From contig CAZGJD010000001.1 of NCBI GenBank assembly GCA_964526385.1, forward strand, positions 86,355 through 150,354: 64,000 bases of DNA, read 5' to 3'. The position numbers and the translations under genes are program-made. The DNA is from an uncultured Candidatus Poseidoniales archaeon (GTDB taxonomy: Archaea; Thermoplasmatota; Poseidoniia; Poseidoniales; Poseidoniaceae). Shown here one piece after another: positions 40,385 to 48,851 of the stretch (its first letter is position 1; each line of letters begins with the position of its first letter). The notes under the pieces are model-generated. The model saw nothing but the letters and a program-made list of their open reading frames with translations. It made no database searches and was not told where the DNA came from.

Positions 40385-42083
40385 GTTCCCTAAGAGCCCT
40401 CAAAGCAGGAGATTCAGGGAGCCGGTCTAAACAATCGTGCGCCTTACGATGATACATTTCTGCCTTATTCCTCGCATATTCAATCGAACCCAAATTATCC
40501 AGGGCACGATGCGCCATTGCGACTTGGTCTGAAGTTACTGAATCCCCTTTACCCAATACAGATAATAAATCATCCCTATCCTGAGAAGGTGGTTGTTGTA
40601 ATGCATGGATGACCATCAATGTCCTCTTTCCTTGTGCTACATCGCTACCGCTTGGTTTGCCTAAAGTATCTGAATCAGATAACACATCTATTAGGTCATC
40701 CATCAATTGAAAACATAATCCAAGAGCTAGACCCCAATCATGCATACATTGTATTGTATCATTATCTGCACCAGCAAGGTGTGCACCAACCTCTGAACAT
40801 GTAAGGAACATTGCAGCTGTTTTACCGTGGATCATTTCGATATATTCCTCTTCAGAGACGGAATCTCTAGATTCAAATTCTATGTCTAATTGTTGACCTT
40901 CACTACATTTCCTTACCATTCTTCCAATTCTCTTTACCAAGAATGGAAGTAATTCTGGCTCAATTCCTTCGGCTACAGCCATTGCTTCAAACGCTATAGC
41001 AAGCATTGCATCCCCTGCATTAATTGCCGTTGGTAAATCATAGGCCACATGAACAGATGGGCGACCTCTACGGATTTCATCATCATCCATTATGTCGTCA
41101 TGAACTAAAGTGAAATTGTGAATTATTTCAATTGCAGCACCAACATCAAGTAAACCTGAATGGGTGTCGCCCACGGCCTTAGCAACCAACCAAGGCAATG
41201 TGGCTCTCAACCTCTTACCTCCACCTTCAACCAAGTGCATCATAGCCCCAGATAATCTATCCAGATTTGTGTGGGTCAATGCTCTTTCTATTCTTGACTC
41301 TACTAAGTCTTTCACTTCAGCAATGCTTGTTGTCAAATCAGCACCAATTGCGTTTGGTAACATGTGAGAAATATCCCCCATGTCATGAATCATGTCATCG
41401 GGTCTTGCACAGCCTGGCCTCCACCAATCATCGTTCATCAACCTTGCAGCAATGCATCTGAACCATGGAGCAATTACGTTCTTTTCATCTTCGACTACTA
41501 ACATATCTTCGAGTTCTTCTTGATTAACCCATTTTATTTCAGAAACTTCGTTGGGATTAATATTCAACTCAACATCAGCATGAATCACTAAACAATGGTC
41601 AATTTCACGCTCAATCCAGTCATCATCTTGCCTTGCTTGATACCGCATTTTTGTTACAAAATCGAATTTATCTATTGGTACCTGAGAGGGGTCAATTCCT
41701 AATTCTTGCTGTAGTTTTCTTACAGCCGCATTCTTTACACCAATGTGATTGTGTTCGTCCTTTTCCTGTTCACTGTACAAGGGGTGTGAGCAACATGTAT
41801 TTGCCCAGACGTCCGGAAATGTTATCTTATGAGATGCTCTTCTTTGTAGTAATAACCTACCTGTTGAATCGAATAATAATACACTAAATGACCGATGATA
41901 TTGACCTATCCCGTTGTGACTTACGAATTTGGAAATGGGGCCAATTATTTCATCAGATTCAGTTACTGCAATAACCGCTTCTGCCATTAAGCTCCCTTGG
42001 GTAGAATCAGAATCTTTCATAATTTCTTTTGATGCTTCATCAACATCGACGGTCGGAACATCATTGATGGTATATCCTGACAT
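40353..42083 (-). CDS. Fusion of type 1 isopentenyl-diphosphate isomerase and geranylgeranyl diphosphate synthase
   Basis: N-terminal HRSFSV, LLQRRA..KITFP, NTCCSHP, EREID. C-terminal GGKRLR, FTLVHDDIMD..RRG, GQ.LD, KT, FQLMDD. Confidence 0.92.
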   Translation of the reverse strand: MSGYTINDVPTVDVDEASKEIMKDSDSTQGSLMAEAVIAVTESDEIIGPISKFVSHNGIGQYHRSFSVLLFDSTGRLLLQRRASHKITFPDVWANTCCSHPLYSEQEKDEHNHIGVKNAAVRKLQQELGIDPSQVPIDKFDFVTKMRYQARQDDDWIEREIDHCLVIHADVELNINPNEVSEIKWVNQEELEDMLVVEDEKNVIAPWFRCIAARLMNDDWWRPGCARPDDMIHDMGDISHMLPNAIGADLTTSIAEVKDLVESRIERALTHTNLDRLSGAMMHLVEGGGKRLRATLPWLVAKAVGDTHSGLLDVGAAIEIIHNFTLVHDDIMDDDEIRRGRPSVHVAYDLPTAINAGDAMLAIAFEAMAVAEGIEPELLPFLVKRIGRMVRKCSEGQQLDIEFESRDSVSEEEYIEMIHGKTAAMFLTCSEVGAHLAGADNDTIQCMHDWGLALGLCFQLMDDLIDVLSDSDTLGKPSGSDVAQGKRTLMVIHALQQPPSQDRDDLLSVLGKGDSVTSDQVAMAHRALDNLGSIEYARNKAEMYHRKAHDCLDRLPESPALRALRELTDYQLQRIF

Positions 42084-42119
42084 GTTCCTCACTGTCACTT
42101 CGGTCTCGCGTCAACTAAA

Positions 42120-42893
42120 TCAACAGTTCCCCGATAAAATTTTAGTTCCTTTGGGATTTTTTCCGTCTATTATATCCAGGATTCGCTCGGGATATATCCC
42201 GTTTACCAACCAAACGTCTATTCCCTTAGAAGCAATCATTGCCCCTCTTGTTGCTTTTAATCCAATCCCACCAGTTACATCGAATTCCTCTGCATGTAGG
42301 CCGTCAAATTTCATATCTGGATTCCACATTTCGAATAGATCCTCTTCTGTGGCAAATTCTGGAGGGACACGAAGTAGACCATCTGCACCTCCCATGGCGA
42401 AAATAGCATAATCGACACCTTCGATTTCAGTGGAATAGCGATACATCAAATCATCCCCCGATAATATTCCAAATTCTTTTTCAGGAACAGGGACAACATC
42501 TCCGAATACAATTGTCACATTTTCTGAGATTGGTAATTCACCAGAGAATTCAGGACCAGTGCCATTCACCCATTCCCGAGGAGGGAATGTTTTTGATTTC
42601 ACTCCGCATTTATCTAAAGAATGAGTGATAAGTGAATTCAATGTCATCATGTCATTTCTCACTTCGAGAACGGCTGAATCTTGTTCAATATCGGCGATAC
42701 GTCCTTCGGCTAATCTGAATTTCTTCGCTTTCATGTGTCCGAAGGAACCTGCACCATGAACTAATATCACTCTCTTGTCGATTTTTGAAATAGCGTTACA
42801 TAATACTTCTATGGCTTCATGATTCGGAGTGCAAACTTTTTCTTTATCAGTAATCAATCCTCCTCCGAGTTTGATGACTACTGTCCCGCCCAT
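42120..42893 (-). CDS. ipk: Isopentenyl phosphate kinase
   Basis: KLGGGLITDK, HGAGSFGH, GDVV, LSGD, DVTGGI..K. Confidence 0.92.
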   Translation of the reverse strand: MGGTVVIKLGGGLITDKEKVCTPNHEAIEVLCNAISKIDKRVILVHGAGSFGHMKAKKFRLAEGRIADIEQDSAVLEVRNDMMTLNSLITHSLDKCGVKSKTFPPREWVNGTGPEFSGELPISENVTIVFGDVVPVPEKEFGILSGDDLMYRYSTEIEGVDYAIFAMGGADGLLRVPPEFATEEDLFEMWNPDMKFDGLHAEEFDVTGGIGLKATRGAMIASKGIDVWLVNGIYPERILDIIDGKNPKGTKILSGNC

Positions 42894-42960
42894 GGTGTTG
42901 CGAGTAACTTCTAACTAATCTTTGCATTGGATTTACATCATATGAATTGATGCACAAACC

Positions 42961-43296
42961 ATGTCAGACTCGCCAACAGTGGACCAGTTTATTCGTCACA
43001 TGCAAGCAGAACTTGATGCATGTGAATCAATTGTTGACAAAAATGAGAAAGAAAAGCGCCAGTGGCAAATCGAATCAGCTTTGATGCATGCCATTGATTT
43101 CAAAAGAAAGTTCGTTGACCTCTCAAAATTAGGTGATGATCCACTAAAAATTGTGAAAGCCCTTGCTATGAACGATTTAAGTTCAACAGAATTGAAACAA
43201 AATGAGGCTACAACCAACGGTTACTGCCCTAGTTGTAATTCTACAATGGAAGCAGACTTAGACTTCTGTGCAAATTGTGGAAATTATCAAAAATAA
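42961..43296 (+). CDS. Small helical protein with C-terminal zinc ribbon
   Basis: CPSC...FCANCG. Confidence 0.65.
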   Translation: MSDSPTVDQFIRHMQAELDACESIVDKNEKEKRQWQIESALMHAIDFKRKFVDLSKLGDDPLKIVKALAMNDLSSTELKQNEATTNGYCPSCNSTMEADLDFCANCGNYQK

Positions 43297-43977
43297 TTAT
43301 TCTTCTTCCCAAATCGAAATTATTTCTTGGATTGCAGGGTCATCTTCTTCAACCAAGTATAGATACTCTGGAGGCATTTCTTCACACAAGAAAACTGTCT
43401 TTCCTGCTCTCCAGATAGTATGGCCATCTGCTACAGCCCTTGATGTGTCAATTTCAATGATTGCAGGTCTATCGATTCTAACATGTCCAGCTTCCATAGC
43501 CTTTCCAATTGTCTTTGATAGGTGAACATGGTTTCTGTCTCCAGCAGATAGGCCGAGTTCTAAATGTGTGGCGGACATATCTGGCTCACATGGCCAATAC
43601 AGTGCCTCAGGAATATCATCCGTTGGTAAATCGAGTTCTAATTCAATAGAATGCCCGTAGGTAGCTCTAATCATTTCACCCTCGACTTGGTATCTTCCCT
43701 TTTCATCAGAGTCGGCAATAGCTTGGAAATGCCAACTCCTTATCCAATGATAATATCTTCTTTGATTTTGAATAGCGTCGGACAATTCTCTTGTGTTGAC
43801 CCATCCGTTCAAATCCATTTCAACACCGAATTTTTCAGGTGCATGTCTCAAAACGAGAGCAAGTATTTTGCCTATGCTATTTGATTCCTTATCCGACATA
43901 ATGAATTTTCCTTCAGCATTACAAGTAGGGCAGTTAGACCCTCTAAAATGTCCGTGTGTTCTGCATTGTCTTAACAT
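43297..43977 (-). CDS. kptA: RNA 2'-phosphotransferase (Tpt1/KptA)
   Basis: LRH.P, KGRY, IRATYGHS, R.HVHLS. N-terminal Zn finger C..HG....CP.C. ATG start at 43977. Confidence 0.92.
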   Translation of the reverse strand: MLRQCRTHGHFRGSNCPTCNAEGKFIMSDKESNSIGKILALVLRHAPEKFGVEMDLNGWVNTRELSDAIQNQRRYYHWIRSWHFQAIADSDEKGRYQVEGEMIRATYGHSIELELDLPTDDIPEALYWPCEPDMSATHLELGLSAGDRNHVHLSKTIGKAMEAGHVRIDRPAIIEIDTSRAVADGHTIWRAGKTVFLCEEMPPEYLYLVEEDDPAIQEIISIWEEE

Positions 43978-44058
43978 GATAACGCACCTGCGACATGGGA
44001 CATGTTGTTGAACCTTATGCACCGAGAGTTAGTTGAACTGTTAACTGCTGGGGTGGTC

Positions 44059-45237
44059 ATGGTCGAAGTCGCAATAATCGGTGCAGGCCAAACAAAATAC
44101 GGCAACCACGAGAAAGGTTTGAAAGGAATGTGGGCTGAATCTGCAAAAAATGCATTTGATTCGGTGGACCATAATTTTGAACCAAAATTAATTGATGAAG
44201 CCTTCATAGGTTCTACGGCATTTGGTGGTGGCCAATTAGGAAATACAGCTGCAATCTTGACTGAGCACTCCGGGATGGATAACGTTTCAGTAAGGAGAGT
44301 GGAAAACGCATGTGCATCTTCTGGATTCGCACTCAGGGATGCTTGGATGGCTATCAAAAGTGGACAAGCAGATATTGTAGTTGCTGGTGGAATCGAGAAA
44401 ATGAATGACTTATCAGCAGAAAGAAAGCGATTCTGGTTGGGAGTTAGTGGCGACACTGAATGGGAAAGATTAGCAGGTCTAACATTTCCTGGGACTTATG
44501 CCTTAATGGCAAGAAGACACTTTCATGAATATGGGTCAAAACATGATGATTTGGTCAACATTTCTGTGAAAAACCACACCCATGGTTTTCTAAATATGCA
44601 CGCTCATCTGCGTAAGGAAATCAGCTTCGAGAAAGCTAAATCAGGTTTCATGGTAGCAGACCCACTTACACTATATGATTGCTGTCCAACCTCTGACGGT
44701 GCATCAACAGTCATTTTGGCTGCCGACCATGTAGTAAAAAGATTCACAGATACACCAATCTGGGTAAAAGGTTCTGGAGCAGCAAGTGATAATCTTGCGT
44801 TACATGACCGCCCATCAATTACAGAATTAATCGCCACAAAAAAAGCTTCCAAAAAAGCATATGAATTAGCAGGTTTAACACCTAAAAATATCGATATAGC
44901 TGAGGTTCATGATTGCTTTACAATTGCGGAATTACTCGCCACAGAGGATTTAGGATTCTGTGATAAAGGTCAAGGTGGGTTATTCGCTAGAGAAAACAGA
45001 GGATTACGTAACAATGGCGAAGTAGCAATAAATCCTAGCGGTGGACTAAAATCAAAAGGACATCCATTAGGCGCAACAGGAACTGGACAGGCTGTAGAGG
45101 TGTTCAAACAACTAAGAGGAGAGGTTGAACAAGGAAGGCAGGTTATCGATGCAGAAATTGCATTGACTCACAATGTTGGAGGATCAGGAGCAACCTGTGC
45201 AGTCCATATATTCGGGAGGGAAAAGAATGTCAAATAA
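44059..45237 (+). CDS. Acetyl-CoA C-acetyltransferase (archaeal SCP2-type thiolase)
   Basis: ENACASS, DCCPTSDGA, EVHDCF, NPSGGL..KGHPLGATG, HNVGG. Confidence 0.93.
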   Translation: MVEVAIIGAGQTKYGNHEKGLKGMWAESAKNAFDSVDHNFEPKLIDEAFIGSTAFGGGQLGNTAAILTEHSGMDNVSVRRVENACASSGFALRDAWMAIKSGQADIVVAGGIEKMNDLSAERKRFWLGVSGDTEWERLAGLTFPGTYALMARRHFHEYGSKHDDLVNISVKNHTHGFLNMHAHLRKEISFEKAKSGFMVADPLTLYDCCPTSDGASTVILAADHVVKRFTDTPIWVKGSGAASDNLALHDRPSITELIATKKASKKAYELAGLTPKNIDIAEVHDCFTIAELLATEDLGFCDKGQGGLFARENRGLRNNGEVAINPSGGLKSKGHPLGATGTGQAVEVFKQLRGEVEQGRQVIDAEIALTHNVGGSGATCAVHIFGREKNVK

Positions 45238-46036
45238 TCCCGTTTATTTTGAGGGTTATCTTGTCTGTACCCACGACGAAGGAATAATTGCCAAAAGTCG
45301 ATTTAAAGCAAACCATACTCACGTTTTTGGACCGGATAGTGACTATACAACTTTGGCAATTAGTGCAATCAATTTCATGAGAAAAACTCTAGATGTCACC
45401 AATTTTATTGTCGATGATAACATCCAAATTGAGGTCTTGCAAGCATGTGGTTACTTACATGATGAAAATTCTATTTGGGCTATATTATGCTCACCAAATT
45501 CTGCTGAATTGTGTATTACAAAAAAGGATAAATTAAATTCTGAAATTGAGGGTGAGGAAACAAACCTGACTTTTGTTAAAGAAATAGAAAATGCTTGGAT
45601 TAAGGAAGGAAATTCAATCAGTCAAGGAGCATATATATCAGACCAATCATACAATTTATCGATATCTGGAAGAATGAATTTACAAGGGCAAAAAGTTGAT
45701 GATAACTACGTTTGGCCAGCAAGAGAGTATCCTAATTACGGCCCAGACATTGTTGATTCTAATTTGTCCAAGTCGGGAACTATCCTATCATGGACCAGCC
45801 TCGCTCCGGGAGGGGCTCCATCAGAATTTTCTATCAGGGCCCCTATTTTAGGAGGTATATCTACGGTTTTTGTGAAATTAAAAGATGGCCCGAACGGAGT
45901 TTTCTTAATGGCTGATGATGACTCCTCTTCATTAGAAATTGGGTTAACCGTTGACTTAGTCGTTAGGAAAATATACGCACAAGAAGGTTCGGTAAGATAT
46001 GGTCTGAAAGCTATTATATCCAAATTACAGGCATAG
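45227..46036 (+). CDS. Thiolase partner: DUF35 OB-fold at C-terminus with a divergent N-terminal region
   Basis: GTILSWT..GGAPSEF...VKLKDGP..IGLTVDLVVRKIY...RYGLKA matches the DUF35 OB-fold. SQGAYIS precedes it. Overlaps the thiolase 3' end. Confidence 0.7.
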   Translation: MSNNPVYFEGYLVCTHDEGIIAKSRFKANHTHVFGPDSDYTTLAISAINFMRKTLDVTNFIVDDNIQIEVLQACGYLHDENSIWAILCSPNSAELCITKKDKLNSEIEGEETNLTFVKEIENAWIKEGNSISQGAYISDQSYNLSISGRMNLQGQKVDDNYVWPAREYPNYGPDIVDSNLSKSGTILSWTSLAPGGAPSEFSIRAPILGGISTVFVKLKDGPNGVFLMADDDSSSLEIGLTVDLVVRKIYAQEGSVRYGLKAIISKLQA

Positions 46037-46067
46037 CCTTCAAAAGCCTCAACACTTGTCCACCAAT

Positions 46068-47078
46068 ATGGCGGAATGGGGGTTCAGGAAGGGAAGGCGC
46101 GAGGCTGCTGATAATCTAACCTATAACGAGGAGGGAGATTGCCCGAGATGTGGTGGCGAAAAGCAACCATCAACCATTGCTGGATATCTCTCTTGTGTTC
46201 GTTGTCAGTATGAATGGAGTGATCCAAATCACGTTGCGGTGAAGAAAGGGCCCCCTGCAAATTATCGACGAGATGCGGAACTTATTGAGGAATTTAAGAA
46301 AGAAATGACTGGAGGGGAATTGTCAAATGTTTTAGGTATCGATAAAGGCCTCTCAAATGCGCAGCAGGCATCCCTAAAACGATTAGAGGATAAATGGATG
46401 ACTGGGATGAGTGGCCATTTCAATGCGGCAGCGGAAGAGCGGAAACCGCTGATGATCTCATTTGACGATGATGACAATTTGGTGGATACAACAATAGGTA
46501 GTATCAGCATTGTAGCCAACGGCTTTGACGGAGGGGAAGAAATAAGACTGGAATACCCAGGGTTAGGTACGGAATTTTACATCTACGACGAAGCTTCAGA
46601 AACGGGTTGGAGAAAGGGTAGGAGTGCGGAGGATACTGCTCGATCAATTACTATGGTAATCAATAAGTTCTCAAACCTCGTTTATGCAAATCAAGATGGT
46701 TCTACGATTCTATTGGAGTTACGAGACCAAAATCTAAACCCTGATTCGCTTGTCATTTTCATAGATGACCCTGGAGGCACAGATATAATCGCAGAAAAAT
46801 CTGGAGTCTCGATGGATCCTAGAGATATTACGATGATCGAAGATTATCGTACTGTTGTAGAAATCTGTCTCGCTGATGGAATTATTTCACCATCTGAAGA
46901 CCAAATGTTATGGGCGATGAGGCAACAATTAGGAATCGATGATTTTGTTCACGTTCAAATTGTACAACAGATTTTTGGAGATCATGCATTGAAAGAATGC
47001 ACAGGATGTGGCCAAATGGCAGAACTATATCCTGACTATGCCGCATGGTATTGTAGCAAATGCGAAGATTGGTGCTGA
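46068..47078 (+). CDS. Hypothetical protein: N-terminal Zn ribbon, TerB-like helical module, C-terminal Zn finger
   Basis: CPRC..CVRC; LADGIISPSEDQML...LGI; CTGC..WYCSKC. Confidence 0.7.
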   Translation: MAEWGFRKGRREAADNLTYNEEGDCPRCGGEKQPSTIAGYLSCVRCQYEWSDPNHVAVKKGPPANYRRDAELIEEFKKEMTGGELSNVLGIDKGLSNAQQASLKRLEDKWMTGMSGHFNAAAEERKPLMISFDDDDNLVDTTIGSISIVANGFDGGEEIRLEYPGLGTEFYIYDEASETGWRKGRSAEDTARSITMVINKFSNLVYANQDGSTILLELRDQNLNPDSLVIFIDDPGGTDIIAEKSGVSMDPRDITMIEDYRTVVEICLADGIISPSEDQMLWAMRQQLGIDDFVHVQIVQQIFGDHALKECTGCGQMAELYPDYAAWYCSKCEDWC

Positions 47079-47151
47079 GTCACTTTCTATAGAATTTTTT
47101 AACTTAGATATAATAATATCACTTTAGGTATTATTGATAAGGTAATAGGAG

Positions 47152-47160
47152 TTGGGATTG
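47152..47160 (+). promoter_or_regulatory. Probable ribosome-binding/leader region of the actin gene; an AT-rich TATA-like TTGATAAG lies at 47134-47141
   Basis: The 95 bp AT-rich spacer carries TTGATAAG about 35-40 bp before the ATG. The same octamer occurs upstream of psmA (26311-26318). Confidence 0.3.
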
Positions 47161-47173
47161 ATAGGCGAGTCAA

Positions 47174-48199
47174 ATGGCTAAAGACGTACTTTACATTGGA
47201 ATAGACCTTGGAACTTTCAGATCTGTAATGGTCTCAAGTGACAATCATGAAGAAGAAGAATTAACAGTAATCGGCACACCAAAGGACCCAATAGCAAGAA
47301 ATTTCTTGAAAAGAGATGTCCTTTTTGGTAACGAGGCTTTGAAGAATAGGCTTGCATTAAATCTGTTCAGACCTCTTGAACTGGGAGTCATCAAGGACAC
47401 GCCCGAAGATCGGGAATTTATTGCACATTTCATCACCCATTTAATCGGTCTTTCAGACCCTGAAGACTATGACAGAGTTGTCGCCGTCATTGGTGCACCT
47501 GCTGAAGCAAGTCACGTTGACAAGACCTCAATCTTCGATGCAGCCGCTGGCTCAGTAAACGCTGCAATGATTATTTCAGAACCATTCGCTGTTGCATACG
47601 CACTCGACATGATTACTCACACATTAGTAATCGACATTGGAGCAGGTACCACTGACCTATGTCGGGTTTACGGCACAATACCAGGACCTGGTGATCAAAT
47701 GCACACAGGATACGCAGGGGACTATGTAGATAACCAAATCATTGTCGAGGTTCAAAAGAAATACAACGGTGCACAAATCACTAAGGACATGGCAAGAAGA
47801 TGGAAGGAACAGTACTCCTTCGTGTCAACCTCCACACCTGATGAGCCAATTATGGTTGACTTCTCTATTGAAGGTAAAGCAATGACTCTTGACATTACAG
47901 ATTGTATTCAAAGAGCATGTGAATCAATCGTAGACCCAATTGTTGAAAATGTAAAAGCACTAATTGCAGGTTCAAATCCTGAGTTCCATGATGAATTCAG
48001 AAAGAACATGGTACTTGCTGGTGGTGGATCTGGAATTAGAGGACTTGGAGCTCTAATTGAGAGAAGACTTTCAGACATGGGCGATGTCAATGTCCACGTC
48101 GTTGATGACCCAGTAAGATTGGGAGCAATGGGCGGTCTAAGACTAGCTATGGAAGTCCCTGAAGACATGTGGAAGAATCTAACTTTAGCATCACGCTAA
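47174..48199 (+). CDS. Actin-like ATPase of the MamK-like branch (MreB/Mbl superfamily)
   Basis: Phosphate-1 GIDLGT, connect-1 ISEPFA, phosphate-2 DIGAGTTD, adenosine LAGGGS. MamK-like segments G.PKD, RPL..GV, GTIPGP.DQ, KEQYSFV and LRLA.E.P...W. Confidence 0.88.
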   Translation: MAKDVLYIGIDLGTFRSVMVSSDNHEEEELTVIGTPKDPIARNFLKRDVLFGNEALKNRLALNLFRPLELGVIKDTPEDREFIAHFITHLIGLSDPEDYDRVVAVIGAPAEASHVDKTSIFDAAAGSVNAAMIISEPFAVAYALDMITHTLVIDIGAGTTDLCRVYGTIPGPGDQMHTGYAGDYVDNQIIVEVQKKYNGAQITKDMARRWKEQYSFVSTSTPDEPIMVDFSIEGKAMTLDITDCIQRACESIVDPIVENVKALIAGSNPEFHDEFRKNMVLAGGGSGIRGLGALIERRLSDMGDVNVHVVDDPVRLGAMGGLRLAMEVPEDMWKNLTLASR

Positions 48200-48201
48200 T
48201 C

Positions 48202-48777
48202 TTATTCTTCTTCACCTACTGGATTAAGAACCAATGGATTCTCGCATTCTGGACATTTATCATTAGGCGATAGTAACATTGGATTTACAGCCAACACGGC
48301 TAAACATGTTGGACAGGCTGCTAGTATTTCGTTTTCTGGCAGTTGTACATTGTCATTGAAGATGTTACCGTTATAACCCAATCGATAAACTGGGTGAAAA
48401 TGAATTCTGATAAATCTTATTCCAGAAATGGTTGCCCAACCAATCAAGATAGCAATTAGTATTGAACCCCCCAAACCAGCAAGAATCCAGTAAACATTCA
48501 AAAACAAAATTATTGCAAACATCAATGATACAAAAGAAATCAAAAGTGGTGCAAACCAATATGCCCAGTCCGCTTTTGATTTGTAACTAGACCAAACAAT
48601 TAGACCTAATATTGTTGGAACAGCAGCAATTGCGGGACCTAATAGTGAGTTAACCATGATGAAAATCACTATCGAATCGACTATCAGCACGGTACAGGTT
48701 CTTCCATGCAAAGCGTCAATTGGACTCGCAGTGGTTGGTCTTGAACCTGCCAAAACAAGTTCATCTGCGTGGGCCAT
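48202..48777 (-). CDS. Membrane protein (about 4 TM) with C-terminal zinc ribbon
   Basis: Hydrophobic core, then HFHPVY and CPTC...CPEC. Confidence 0.7.
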   Translation of the reverse strand: MAHADELVLAGSRPTTASPIDALHGRTCTVLIVDSIVIFIMVNSLLGPAIAAVPTILGLIVWSSYKSKADWAYWFAPLLISFVSLMFAIILFLNVYWILAGLGGSILIAILIGWATISGIRFIRIHFHPVYRLGYNGNIFNDNVQLPENEILAACPTCLAVLAVNPMLLSPNDKCPECENPLVLNPVGEEE

Positions 48778-48851
48778 GTGCTCACCCATGAAGATTATCC
48801 AATTGAAATAACCGGCGAAGGCGTATTGAATATGTTATTTCTAGGCGTATC

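Noticed and set aside
43978-44058. Apparent overlap of kptA and thiolase 5' ends
   Set aside because: An artefact of over-extended ORFs. Starts at 43977 and 44059 leave a normal divergent spacer.
46068-48777. Magnetosome island suggested by the MamK-like gene
   Set aside because: No mamA/B/E/M/O/P/Q or feo-like genes are recognisable, and the flanks are housekeeping genes. MamK-like actins also occur in non-magnetotactic organisms.
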